A DNA stretch of 46,865 bases from Priapulus caudatus (Eukaryota), in contig NW_014577080.1 in assembly GCF_000485595.1 (NCBI RefSeq), positions 152,302 through 199,166 of the forward strand, in the 5' to 3' direction. Positions 1-11,744 of this stretch are shown one piece after another. The first letter of the stretch is position 1. Each line of letters starts with the position of its first letter. The notes beneath the pieces are model-generated. The model was not told the origin of the DNA and made no database searches. It saw only the letters and a program-made list of their open reading frames with translations. The translations under genes were made by a program, and so were the position numbers.

Positions 1-324
1 AAATATAACGAGCGATAGTTCTTCTTAATTATTTATTTTATAGTTTCGATAGCTTTTAAAGTGATTCTAATTAATATAAATTTTTAAAGTTACTGTTCAG
101 GTCGTTAAATAGCGAAAATATGAATACCCTCAATGTTTCATGGTCTAGAATCGAACGACTTTCGGAAATATGACAGTTAAAAATATATATACTGCCGAAT
201 AAACTTAAATGCAAATGAAATTAGCATTTAAAACTTCATCAACCTTATCTAATCAGATTTATGACAAGTTGTAGTAGCGTGCAGTTTGTTCTGCGACTGC
301 AGAATGAAACACGTACCTACGTAC

Positions 325-508
325 CCTGCTTTTGCTGGCTCTTCCAGATCAAACGTGTGAAAATATAGCTGGATCGTTTCGTGCGGTCGTCCGTGAAACC
401 GATAATAGCAGTCAGCGTAGTTAGGGTAAGTGCCGTCCGTCCCTTTAGGGGAAGAGAAGTTACCAGTTTTTGCCTCCGTGCTAGAAAATTCGTGAGTGCA
501 TTGCGGCT
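325..508 (-). CDS. Internal coding exon encoding the N-terminal half of a CUB domain (secreted/membrane CUB protein, SOL-1/Neto-like class); gene continues beyond the left edge
   Basis: Minus strand acceptor gttatttcag| at 511-509 and donor GG|gtacgt at 324. 184 nt, phase 1 to phase 2, stop-free: (x)PQCTHEFSSTEAKTGNFSSPKGTDGTYPNYADCYYRFHGRPHETIQLYFHTFDLEEPAKAG. This matches the CUB pattern C-x(9-11)-G-x-F-x-SP...YP-x4-C-x-Y-x-F...I-x-L-x-F-x2-FDLE. The listed ORF 317..574 is a different frame of the same DNA. Confidence 0.9.
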
Positions 509-3153
509 CTGAAATAACAACTGTAAAATGTTGCCGCTAAGATCTAAACCGTTTTGAACAGAATCAACACACATTCAGCAGAGTTATTAGGATTAACACA
601 TCACGCCACAAAAGCTCAACACTAGCATTCATCGCTCACTTGCTTACACACGATATCCTCTTTTGTGAACAACGTCGTTCACACCTTTATTGAACCGCGT
701 TCCTTGTAAGTGAGCTCAATTTGTCCCATAGCAAATACTAGTTAGACAAAGCAGCTTATATTGTGTTACGGCATAGAAAAATATGAAAAAGAAAAGTATT
801 GCCCTCCTACTTATGGGTTATAAAGCTGCCCACCCTAGTGCCACATTATAACCGACCGATTACGTACAATAGCAGAAAGGTTGGTCAAAAAAGAATTTGT
901 AAACATCGCTAACATGATAGACTTTCGCGTGGTGCTATCGCTCTGCTACAATTACTACTTACTACAATTTCAAATGTCAGAAAACAGCTGAAAATGTTCC
1001 TAGCACAAAGCGGACAGTGATTGATGTACATTAATTAACATTATCATAAAGTACGTTAGCGATTTGTCGGAAAACGCAAGGTATGTTAACTCGTGCGGAA
1101 TAAACGATGTCAGGAAATGACATATTTGATGCGCTTTGACGTTTTCATAGCCATTAAAATCACCAGCAACATGGCCCTGATACATAGAAAGAAAGCAGCG
1201 GCAGTGCTAGTAAAAACTAAAAAGTACATGGAAAAAAGTGTTTAGCGGCACGCGGGTAGATTCACTAACCTGGCAAATAATCAAGACATTAAACTCGATT
1301 TTAGTTTACACGCAACATACCAACGTTTTGTTATAACTATTATAACATTATTATCAATTTAGAGTAAATATATTAATACACGGCTATACGTTACCAGTGG
1401 ACATTTTCAAGGTTTTAACAGGATAAAATTGAACGAGTGCCTTCTACGGCTTATACTGCCTTATGTGTTGTCGTCAAGCAAGAGTTATAATTCGCGTTAA
1501 TTTTCTGTTTTCGTCTGGCGAAGAAAGAACGCAACACTAAGTTAAAGCATTTGTTGTAAACAATTTCATTGTTTGTTTTCTGGCTATAATTCTTCGCAAT
1601 ATATGGCACCACTAAAGGTCTTGATTAGATATAACATAGCAGTTACGGTGACGAGAAAACATTATTTTATGGATATATTATTGTGGATGTGTTATTATGG
1701 ATATTCGTGTAATAAAACGTATAACTATTATTTTACACGATTTGCAAAAAAATTGATATGATGAATATATTCTAACAAGAGCTTGTGTGCTCATTGAAAT
1801 ACACTGAAATTAGTTAGTGGCTAATAAATATCACCAACGACGTCTTCGTCGCCCGAGAGCTTTAGATTTCACATGAATATTTAATTAGGGTGTCTTAATG
1901 TGTTAGGCTCCTGACGCTAGGTTGTAGTGTCGCATATCTTCCTTCCATATTGAGCAGGATGTTCAGAACGGTATGATATAAGCAATTGCAAAAACATATA
2001 TCCACGTAATTCAAATTAACGCAATGGTATAGGTTTAACTTACGATGATATATACCGAGAAGCCGAGGAACGTGCATGCCACGTCGATACAGCGTGCTTG
2101 TTAACTACGTATATATTATGCTATATATCATAGTCTAGCATTCAGGCAAGGTTTATTAGCTTATGTCACAAAGTATTACTCTTCGCCTACATGCGCAAGC
2201 TAAATCATATTGACGCTGGTAAAGGCATCCCGTGGGATCAAAACATGCTCAGGGTTCAAATCGATGGCTTGTATTATAAGCTATCGTCGGAACAAACCTA
2301 TTTTTGGTCTCTATTGCATAGACCCAAAAAGCCGGTTGTCGATCGTTTCTACGCTGCTTATCGCTGCGCAACATCAAACTGAGTTAACAACTATAGATAC
2401 ATGAATGTCAATTTAAAATGTAAATTAGCATAATGCGATCCCAGAGTGGTGTTCATGCGGGTTAACTACGCGTGTAAAAGTGTTCTGAGAATATCGATAA
2501 TGCACACAATGTTTTTGCCAGAAGCTAGTCGCCTGAAGACGATGGCTATAATACGGACGACGGCCATTAAGTTAAAGTAAATTATAAACTACAGAGAGGC
2601 GAGTTATTATTAATGTTAAATGTTAGCTCTTTATACCTTTCATTATTAGGAATTACTTGATATCACCCATGTAGACATATTTATACTAATTAGCGATATT
2701 GATTTTTATGTTAAATCGCGTATATAACATAATTATTATATGGTCAGACGAGTAGACAATAGGAACACGTTGATGCGATGTAGGCAAATATTGTGAACGA
2801 ACACATGCAGACGTCTAAAGATCTACACCCTAAAGCCTGCAATTGCATAGCGATCACCTGATGCCATGGTTTCAAACACTGCTCGCCCCCAGTGCGGATA
2901 TTAGAATAACTAAATCTTTCACCAATATATTAGAAGCAAAGCAAACAAGGACACAATTTTAATGCTTTAATTATTTTGCGCAAAAGTATTTAACTAATTC
3001 ATCTAGAGCAAACATCAATTAATGAGCCCGGCCAGCGGCAAAGGCGTGCTGACGTCGCTGTTTTCGTGAGGTATGTGTTATTTATAACCACTGATGTGCA
3101 ACGGGAGTTATAGCGATTAGCGAAGCATACCTCAACCGTTCGCTGCAGACCAT

Positions 3154-3193
3154 GCGATCCATACTAGCTGATCCATACTAGCGATCCATACTA
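3154..3193. repeat. 13 bp tandem repeat, 3 copies
   Basis: gcgatccatacta, gctgatccatacta, gcgatccatacta. Confidence 0.9.
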
Positions 3194-3215
3194 TCCATCC
3201 TGCCCTGAGACGGAT

Positions 3216-3466
3216 GGGGTCGTTGTCGTATTAGGTACTATACAGATATGTACCCGAGGTAGTTTTAGGTTGTTTAGTATTATGTTTATATTTTTATATG
3301 AGGTATGTTTAGGGTTAGGGTTAGGGTTAGGGTTAGGGTTAGGGTTAGGGTTAGTGTTAGGGGCTAGGCGTACACTTTTGTAGTACAAGTCTGGTACACT
3401 TTGTGTATACATTTATATGTCTCGGTACATTATCTTGTAACTACCTGAATACGACCAAACGACCCC
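3216..3466. mobile_element. 251 bp MITE-like element with ~45 bp imperfect inverted repeats and an internal telomere-type array
   Basis: Left ggggtcgttgtcgtattaggtactatacagatatgtacccgag versus reverse complement of right ggggtcgtttggtcgtattcaggtagttacaagataatgtaccgag. No clean target-site duplication seen; superfamily unassigned. Confidence 0.7.
3309..3362 (+). repeat. Interstitial (TTAGGG)n array, 9 units
   Basis: Seven perfect TTAGGG, one TTAGTG, one more TTAGGG; lies between the inverted repeats of the 3216-3466 element. Confidence 0.95.
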
Positions 3467-3545
3467 TTGAGCCTTACGAGTGGGTCAAAATAAGCGCGTT
3501 GCACCCCAATACGGCTCGCGCGTAAGACTGTGCACGCGGTGAATA

Positions 3546-3548
<3 letters not shown>

Positions 3549-3576
<28 letters not shown>

Positions 3577-3588
3577 TGTTGTTGTGTG

Positions 3589-3626
<38 letters not shown>

Positions 3627-3800
3627 TGCTGTGTGGGTGTGTGTGTGTGTTGGTGTGTGTGTATTGTGATGATATGTGTGTGTGGTTGTGTTATGTGTGT
3701 GTGTGTAGTGTGTGTGTGGTGTTGTGTGGTGTGTGGTGTGTGTGTGTGTCGTCAGTGTGTGTGTGTGTGTGTGTGTGTGTTGTGTGTGGCGTTGTGTGCG

Positions 3801-3840
<40 letters not shown>

Positions 3841-3937
3841 TGTGTGTGCGTGCGTGTGTGCGCGCGCGTGTGTGTGTGCGTGCGTGTGTGGTGTGTGTGT
3901 GTGTGTGTGTGTGCGTGCGTGTGTGCGTGTGTGTGCG
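3549..3937. repeat. Long imperfect (GT)n microsatellite
   Basis: Direct inspection; many single-base interruptions. Confidence 0.95.
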
Positions 3938-4889
3938 CGAGCCTGGAACCTCACCGAGCGCATCACTGCACGCACGTTTTTCCTTCACACCTGCGCGTTG
4001 TGCGCGCGGGGATGGGTTGCCGGCAGTTGCCAATTTATTTCACCGATGTTTAACAAATAAGAGAAGTGTAGAAAACGCGGGGGAAAATATCTCTGAAATG
4101 GCAGCTCACCGCCGTCACTGCGGTTTGTTTCGTCGAGCTAGGGATATTGTAGCGGCAGCGTGTGTACTGTACGCCAAGCCGCGAAGCCTTAACTAGACGA
4201 ACCCGCGGATGATTTGAGCTGTATAGATGGGGAAATAGCCGTTTGCGAACCGATGCATTATCTGAGTAGAACACGAGCAACGTTAGTGTATATCAAGCCA
4301 AGAAAGAGACCGCGCTCAAGAACGCTGGGCGCTGTCTATACGGAATATGCCGAAGGTAATATCATGAGACGATACTAAAATGATAATTGTGGTCGCGTCG
4401 CAATATGACAGCATTAATCATTCATGTTTACGTCCATCGTGAATATTATTGCTGCGCAGATTATTGGGAGTAGTAGCCGGACAATTTTAATCCGGCTGGC
4501 TTGTGTAGCTGGCGAAGCGTATGCACGATTGGATTCTACCACCCATCATGAAGAGGGCGCACCTCCCCTTACATGCCTTCATCGGTAGATAAGCGTAAAC
4601 GAATCGACTCTGCATCTAATAGCAAAACACATTATAACGGTGAATATGTATTTTATACCAGGCGTAGCACAAGGTGCCGTGAACATTTGGTATTTTATTC
4701 GTGCCTCTTATAATAGTAACCGTTGCATAGTGCTACATACAGGAATTCAGTAGGCTATAAATCACTATTAGAGGCTACATATAGGAAATCGACGTGGCGA
4801 CTCCGCACAACCCGAGTATCATTACGACGTTTATTCGATGTGCAAACTTCACGCGGCGCTACTCTCGTAATTGCCAAGCTTGACGCGAC

Positions 4890-4892
<3 letters not shown>

Positions 4893-4965
<73 letters not shown>

Positions 4966-5802
4966 ACNNNNNNNNNNNNNNNNNNNNNNNNNNNNNNNNN
5001 NNNNNNNNNNNNNNNNNNNNNNNNNNNNNNNNNNNNNNNNNNNNNNNNNNNNNNNNNNNNNNNNNNNNNNNNNNNNNNNNNNNNNNNNNNNNNNNNNNNN
5101 NNNNNNNNNNNNNNNNNNNNNNNNNNNNNNNNNNNNNNNNNNNNNNNNNNNNNNNNNNNNNNNNNNNNNNNNNNNNNNNNNNNNNNNNNNNNNNNNNNNN
5201 NNNNNNNNNNNNNNNNNNNNNNNNNNNNNNNNNNNNNNNNNNNNNNNNNNNNNNNNNNNNNNNNNNNNNNNNNNNNNNNNNNNNNNNNNNNNNNNNNNNN
5301 NNNNNNNNNNNNNNNNNNNNNNNNNNNNNNNNNNNNNNNNNNNNNNNNNNNNNNNNNNNNNNNNNNNNNNNNNNNNNNNNNNNNNNNNNNNNNNNNNNNN
5401 NNNNNNNNNNNNNNNNNNNNNNNNNNNNNNNNNNNNNNNNNNNNNNNNNNNNNNNNNNNNNNNNNNNNNNNNNNNNNNNNNNNNNNNNNNNNNNNNNNNN
5501 NNNNNNNNNNNNNNNNNNNNNNNNNNNNNNNNNNNNNNNNNNNNNNNNNNNNNNNNNNNNNNNNNNNNNNNNNNNNNNNNNNNNNNNNNNNNNNNNNNNN
5601 NNNNNNNNNNNNNNNNNNNNNNNNNNNNNNNNNNNNNNNNNNNNNNNNNNNNNNNNNNNNNNNNNNNNNNNNNNNNNNNNNNNNNNNNNNNNNNNNNNNN
5701 NNNNNNNNNNNNNNNNNNNNNNNNNNNNNNNNNNNNNNNNNNNNNNNNNNNNNNNNNNNNNNNNNNNNNNNNNNNNNNNNNNNNNNNNNNNNNNNNNNNN
5801 NN

Positions 5803-5840
<38 letters not shown>

Positions 5841-5899
5841 GCACACACATACACACACGCGCGCGCACGCACAAACACACATACACACACACACACACA
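4893..5899. repeat. (AC)n microsatellite spanning assembly gap 4968-5802
   Basis: AC runs on both sides of 835 N. Confidence 0.9.
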
Positions 5900-6727
5900 C
5901 GATCAGCCTCAGCACGATCGAATCCACGGCTGAATTACCGTGTATAATTAGTTGAAATGCACTGTAATTAGTGATTTCACATAAAATTATTCAAAGCACC
6001 GTACTGCAATGGAGCCGAAACAAAGGACAGCGTTCTAATGAAGAAGCTATTTTGACAGGTTGCGTGATGTCGCGACTGAATTTCTTTCGGGCTAGTATTC
6101 ATTATGATAGCATCGTTTTTTAAGTTCATAGCTCCACGCTGTCCCACTAGGGAGATTGGCAAAATAAATGGCTGCAATTGAAATACTCCCACCGGTACGT
6201 CGTGCTACAGCCTATCCTTCATCATTCTAATTTATAACATTGGTCGGCGGGCTAGAGGGCACTTGCAGATATAATACACATATACCGACGTGTATATGGC
6301 TATACCTATATCGGCACTATAGTTTCTTTGTAGCTCGTAAAAAGTGCTCGTTACAGAACAGAGCCATATCTCACGATGAGTAGGTTTATCGCTTACAGAA
6401 AGCACTTGCTCGTTGCTTCGCTGATTTTGCGTGAATTCCTGCGTGAACGATCGTGCACCATGCAGCAAACAGAAAAAAATTCTCTTTCAGAATGCTTCCA
6501 GGGCTGGCATGCTCGTATTTCCTTGCGGAAGTTGTTTTTGCATTGTGCTCGCTTAGGTCTTTCCGATGTTAAATGCGGGTAAAGATGTGTCGAAAATGCC
6601 TCGAGATTTTCCTACATCTAAATATGGACGGAGCTGCTTGTGGACGTATACCTGTGAGTCAGACGCCTTTCAGAATCATCTCTTACTGATCTACACATGG
6701 TGTGATAGATAATGAGCCGATGGGAAA

Positions 6728-6855
6728 TTCTTTTAAAAGTTTTGAGGTAAGATGATCAATTTAATAACAATTATTATATAGACTGTTCTTCTTTAAAAGT
6801 TTTGAGGTAGCATTTTTAATCTAATAACAATCATTACATTGACAAGTTGTTCTTC
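6728..6855. repeat. Diverged 60 bp tandem duplication
   Basis: tttaaaagttttgaggta...taataacaat.atta.at.gac recurs with a 60 bp period. Confidence 0.8.
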
Positions 6856-7782
6856 CGATAGCCTGTTTCTTTAATAAAAAAACATGTTATCGATTTTCTT
6901 GCCATTAGCTGTCTTTGACACTCTCTGATATCTAGAAGTAGCTTAAACCAACCATTTTATTACTCTAACATTTGATTACTATAAGTAGTTTTTACGAAGC
7001 TCTAGAGAAAATTATATCTTCATATAAATTCATTCGAGATTTTTATATCTTTTCATTTTTTTAAACTGAACGTGTTATTACTTTGATTCGCGTGAAAATG
7101 AACAGGAGTAACCCAGCGAACTCGATGGTGTATCCTGGGAAAACACGGTATGAAATTGTAATGGCACGCCTTGCTCGGGGAAATAAGTTAGACGTGTTTT
7201 CGAGACTTACCGTTAATAATTGTATTGATAAAACTATGATTATGAGAAGCACACATAGCCAGTAATGAGCATATGACCTAATGAACAAATGAACACTTTA
7301 GTAGCGATATACCAGCAGTAACAAAAGTTTTTATTATGTATTTGTGCATTCACAATAATATACAAAACTCAAAACCAAAATCAATAGACATTGAACATGA
7401 GCATTTTATTCCACACATGAAATTTCATTGACATTACACAGTGTTCATTTTATAACAAAACGTAAATGGCATTTAAACACTCTGTAACACACAATACCGC
7501 CGCACGCACGCAATTGTGCGCAAATTCGCAGAAAGGTACAGAACTCTATATCTTCTAGTTTAGAATATAGATCTGTATTCCATATGTATGACAAAACTTT
7601 TACGATCTCGATCCAATGCTCGCTATATACGAACGGTTGGTATATAGCGACCAGAGTTATTATATACAGCTCATATTGGCCTCGATGATCGACATTCTAT
7701 AAGCAGTTTTGGCGACATCTGTCGTCGGCATCTGTAATAGATTTACCATTTATTCACATAGATATTACAAATGTACGATTAT

Positions 7783-7785
7783 ACA

Positions 7786-7832
<47 letters not shown>

Positions 7833-7876
7833 CACACACACACACACACCCACGCACACCACACACACAACACACA

Positions 7877-7926
<50 letters not shown>

Positions 7927-7937
7927 CACACCACACA

Positions 7938-8000
<63 letters not shown>

Positions 8001-8008
8001 ATATAATA

Positions 8009-8050
<42 letters not shown>

Positions 8051-8065
8051 TATGCATACATACAT
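7783..8065. repeat. (CA)n followed by (AAT)n/(TA)n
   Basis: Direct inspection. Confidence 0.95.
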
Positions 8066-8530
8066 AATGTAATAGAATTACTTATATGTGGGAACTAGGG
8101 CTACACGCCACGATATTTTCTTTGAAAAGTATAAATGATATTTTTAATATATGACCAAAATAGATAATAATGTCCCTAAAGGAAATTATAGAGAAAATAT
8201 GGATTTTTGCCATAGGTATTTATTGCCAGCGTGGTTATAATATAATAATTACATGCCATAAATGAATTTCCAGCCATAGTAGCGCGAATGCGTGTCGAAT
8301 AAATATAAATAACTATAAGTAAAATAGAAACTGCATAGTTGTACCATGTTGCCACCTCTTTATGCCAGTGGACCTCATGGTCCGCATTAGTTGTATAGTA
8401 GGCGCCCGCTCAACCAATCCGAGCACTGCAGCAATCATATGGGAATCTCCAGACGTTAAAATCGGTCGGCTAGTCTGTCGGTGCAAAACTCCCAGCAGAT
8501 CGAGTCCGTGTCAGACACAATATTCTCGCC

Positions 8531-8631
8531 CCTACCTTTACTGCAGCTTACACCGTACAGCCTACCTTTACTGCAGCTTACACCGTACAGCCTACCTTTA
8601 CTGCAGCTTACACCGTACAGCCTACCTTTAC
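8531..8631. repeat. 30 bp minisatellite, 3 perfect copies plus 11 bp
   Basis: cctacctttactgcagcttacaccgtacag at 8531, 8561 and 8591, partial at 8621; no spacers. Confidence 0.95.
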
Positions 8632-10158
8632 ATAAGCCGTGATTGGTATTGTCACTGAATCTGGATTCATCGTTATCTTTAGTTCAGAGGCTGAATAATT
8701 AATAAAGTAAATAGTTAGAGAGTTGATAAAGTTTCGCCAAAAGATCGATGGAGTAAACGTAAAAGTCGAGCGCTCAACTTGTCTTGTTTTAATTTATCAT
8801 CCTTTTTGACAGCGTGTTGGTCTATGTTTTGGCCATTCGGACGCTCCCACCCCACGATATAGAGCATATACGCACAAACCGGTCAGCTTTTGGTCGTTGC
8901 GTGGGGTTCACGCGTACTTTCGTAGCCCGCGTGTTCGGCCGTGCGTGTGTAGTATAGGGCACAACACGAACGTACGTTTACATGCAAGGAATCGATAACC
9001 CTTCTACACTGCAAAGAATGTATAAATATATCCTATACAGCACACAGGTCCACTGGAGAATATTACTTTGCTGATCATGAAGCTTTCCCAAAGAATAAAT
9101 CCGTAATAATTGAAATTAAATAAGCATTTTAACTAATTAATCTGGCGAATAGCCGTATCATCCGTTATTGAATATCTTATTGCATTTCTGTTCTTTTTAC
9201 ACAACCAAAACATACTTATATCGATAGACCCGAAAGTGTAGAGAACCCCCACCTTCTTTTTCGTACTCCGCCTCTCACGCGCGCACAACAGATTGCGTGT
9301 CCATCGCCCCATACAACGCTTACAGACAAGGGATATTGAACGCTGACCGTCCCACAGTCGATAGAAAAAACGCGCTGTACTAAGACCGTGAATAATGAGT
9401 GTCACGTCAATAGAGTCAACCTCTTTCCTGTGGCAGTGCCAAACCAAGCCGTGGTTGATCATGTAAGAAACCATCGTCTTTTCAGTCTTTTCCGATCCCC
9501 AGGGTTTGATCTGAGTAGATTTACAAAAGACTAAACTATATCGGAACGGATATTAAAGGTCGTCTATAGATGTGAGGTGAAGCTTAGCCAGCCGGTTATA
9601 CCCATCCGTAACTGGAAAAAGTTTAGATAGACCGTTATAGAATGGCATCTTGCCAGTGCTCTCATGCATACGACACACAAATTGAGCTGACCAGGTTGTT
9701 GTACGCATCACCTTAATGCCAATATGTGAGACATTTCGCCGTGTATGTATAGGTACATTTCCTTGATAATGCGCGTGACAGAATAATAGCCGCCACAGCT
9801 TGCATAATCTACAGAAATATAATACCGAATTTTAAAAGAAGGGTATAGCGCAAGTTCAGTAGGGTTTTAGTAATTCGGTAATCGATATTGGTGCAGTCAG
9901 ACAGGGATCTACATTGTTGTTGGGGTTCTGAATGGAGACACGCACGTGTCACTCGAGTTAGGTTCGATAAAGTATGCGACTGTGTGTCATTTATCTGTCA
10001 GTAACAATAAATGTAAAAATCTATTAATTCACGCGGTGCGTTTATTCATACACGTTAGTAATACTGTAGGAATCCCTTCTCCTCGAATATAGGAAAGTTA
10101 ATATTCACACATTATTCTTAGGAGAGTCCTCGGACAGCTTGTAGGGCGCACGTATATA

Positions 10159-10190
10159 ACGAAGGTTACATATATATATGTAACCTTCGT
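10159..10190. repeat. Perfect 32 bp palindrome
   Basis: acgaaggttacatatatatatgtaaccttcgt equals its own reverse complement. Confidence 0.95.
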
Positions 10191-10831
10191 GTGTACAAGT
10201 AGGTTTTTGCACGGATCCGTGAAACGTTGCTTTCCATACGAGCGTTAACTACATAGCCGTAACTAACGATACGTAAGCGAATTGTCAATGGACCAATAAT
10301 ACAAAGTTTGAATTGAATTATAACTTGTAATTTCACTATGTATATGTCTCATGACTACACGATGATTAGTTTAAATAACGTTTTCCAGTAAAGGTATTGT
10401 AAAATACATAGAAAATAGGAAAGGAATACTCATTATTTCGGTATGTGAAAATACATTGATGGTAATTGCCGCACAGATCTGTAGAAGATGACCATAGGTT
10501 CATCTCAATTTCAGACGTAACTTCTCTTTGCAAATTATAGCACACTAACGAATGCACGTTGGGGAATCTTTCGATAAACGCCCCCAAAACCTTTAGAACT
10601 ATTCGAATATTCCAGTGGCGTTATCGATCCCCACACTGTGAACAGTTGTTACTTGCCGCAAACGGCAGCCAATTTAAAGCATTACCAGCGTGGCGATTGA
10701 AATGTGTATAATTTAATTTAGCGAGACTGATTGAGCCTCTGATGTTTTCGTTTTGTTTCCATGCAAAAGTAAATATAGGTCTATTGTTGATGATTGCCTC
10801 ACATCTGCCCGACTGTCTGTGTGTCTTTTAA

Positions 10832-11744
10832 AGGCATAATAGGCCCATTGATTATACAAAGTTGACGAATGCTACAGTAACTGGCACCTTCTGTAGTTAA
10901 TAAGTACATTACCTTATAGTCAAACGCGTATTAGTTTGTCCAATATCACTGCTAATTACTAAGAAATGTCTAATTGAAATCCGTAAATCTGGTAATCTGG
11001 CGCCAACGCTAAATTGGTTGCCAAGCAAAATAGCCTCGAATTCGGTTAGGCAACGTCACATGTTGCTACGGGTGTTTAGCAGAGAATTGTTTGTCCTGGG
11101 ATGCTTATATACGACTAATGAGCTAGTAGAATGTATCTCTGGGTGTATTCTCGGTATTGAGGCACAAGTAAATAACCGTGGGTGCTAATGAACAGGTACC
11201 CACATGTCTTCAATTTCAGACACAGGTGTATTCGTTTGACCAATATACGTAAATACGCGTAGTGCCGTCTGCTTTCCATGTTTAGTCTGTGGCCGTGGTT
11301 AGTCCGCGATCCTCCCATAGCGTTGGCCCCCAACACAGCCTACTTCATTATCACGAGCGTCCGTGATTCGTACGTGGATTCCACGTTCATTACAATCAGA
11401 GCTACTGTTACGTATACAGGTACGGTACTGTACTATCGCTAGCATTGCGTACGGCCGAGCGAAAATGCATGCGTGCGTGCGTTTTTGCATGCGTGCGAAA
11501 ATGTCCGGTGGACTATAAATCTGTATCACACCCGTTTCGAAGTATGCGGTTTCGAAACTGTAAACAAGTCAGTCAACTGATTTCGTGGACTGCGGATTTC
11601 AATTAGACATTTCTTAGTAACCAGCAGTGATATTGGACAAACTAATACGCGTTTGGCTATAAGGTAATGTACTTATTAACTACACAAGGTGCCAGTTACT
11701 CTAGCATTCGTTAAAATTGCATAATCGATGGGCCTATTATGCCT
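10832..11744. mobile_element. Non-autonomous Kolobok-type DNA transposon (MITE), 913 bp
   Basis: 152 bp terminal inverted repeats (10832-10983 / 11593-11744; I count 10 substitutions and no indels). Termini AGGC...GCCT, flanked by TTAA on both sides (10828-10831, 11745-11748). TTAA duplication with AGG..CCT ends fits Kolobok better than piggyBac (CCC..GGG). No transposase ORF inside. Confidence 0.85.

Noticed and set aside
317..574. Listed 85-aa minus-strand ORF as a protein
   Set aside because: It is an alternative frame of the CUB exon with no recognisable motif; the CUB frame has the family signature and matching splice phases.
1100..1180. Minus-strand acceptor followed by GCCATG and MLLVILMAMKTSK..., as the CUB signal exon
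   Set aside because: The frame hits a stop with no phase-1 donor; the 21000 exon fits much better.
2191..2404. Short plus-strand ORFs (MRKLNHIDAGKGIPWDQ...)
   Set aside because: No motif I can place and no convincing exon boundaries.
3309..3362. True telomere or chromosome-fusion site
   Set aside because: Only 54 bp, single orientation, and enclosed by inverted repeats inside an intron.
6491..6750. Plus-strand exon candidates bounded by tttcag and gtgagt/gtaag
   Set aside because: Stops in all three frames; one donor lies within a local 60 bp duplication.
3530..8098. Long Cys-Val / His-Thr ORFs, including those running through N gaps (also 21063-21807, 25162-25704, 30430-31818, 34400-37984)
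   Set aside because: They are translations of dinucleotide or tetranucleotide microsatellites and of N runs.
8531..8631. CRISPR-like array (30 bp repeats)
   Set aside because: The repeats are head-to-tail with no spacers, there are no cas genes, and the context is eukaryotic.
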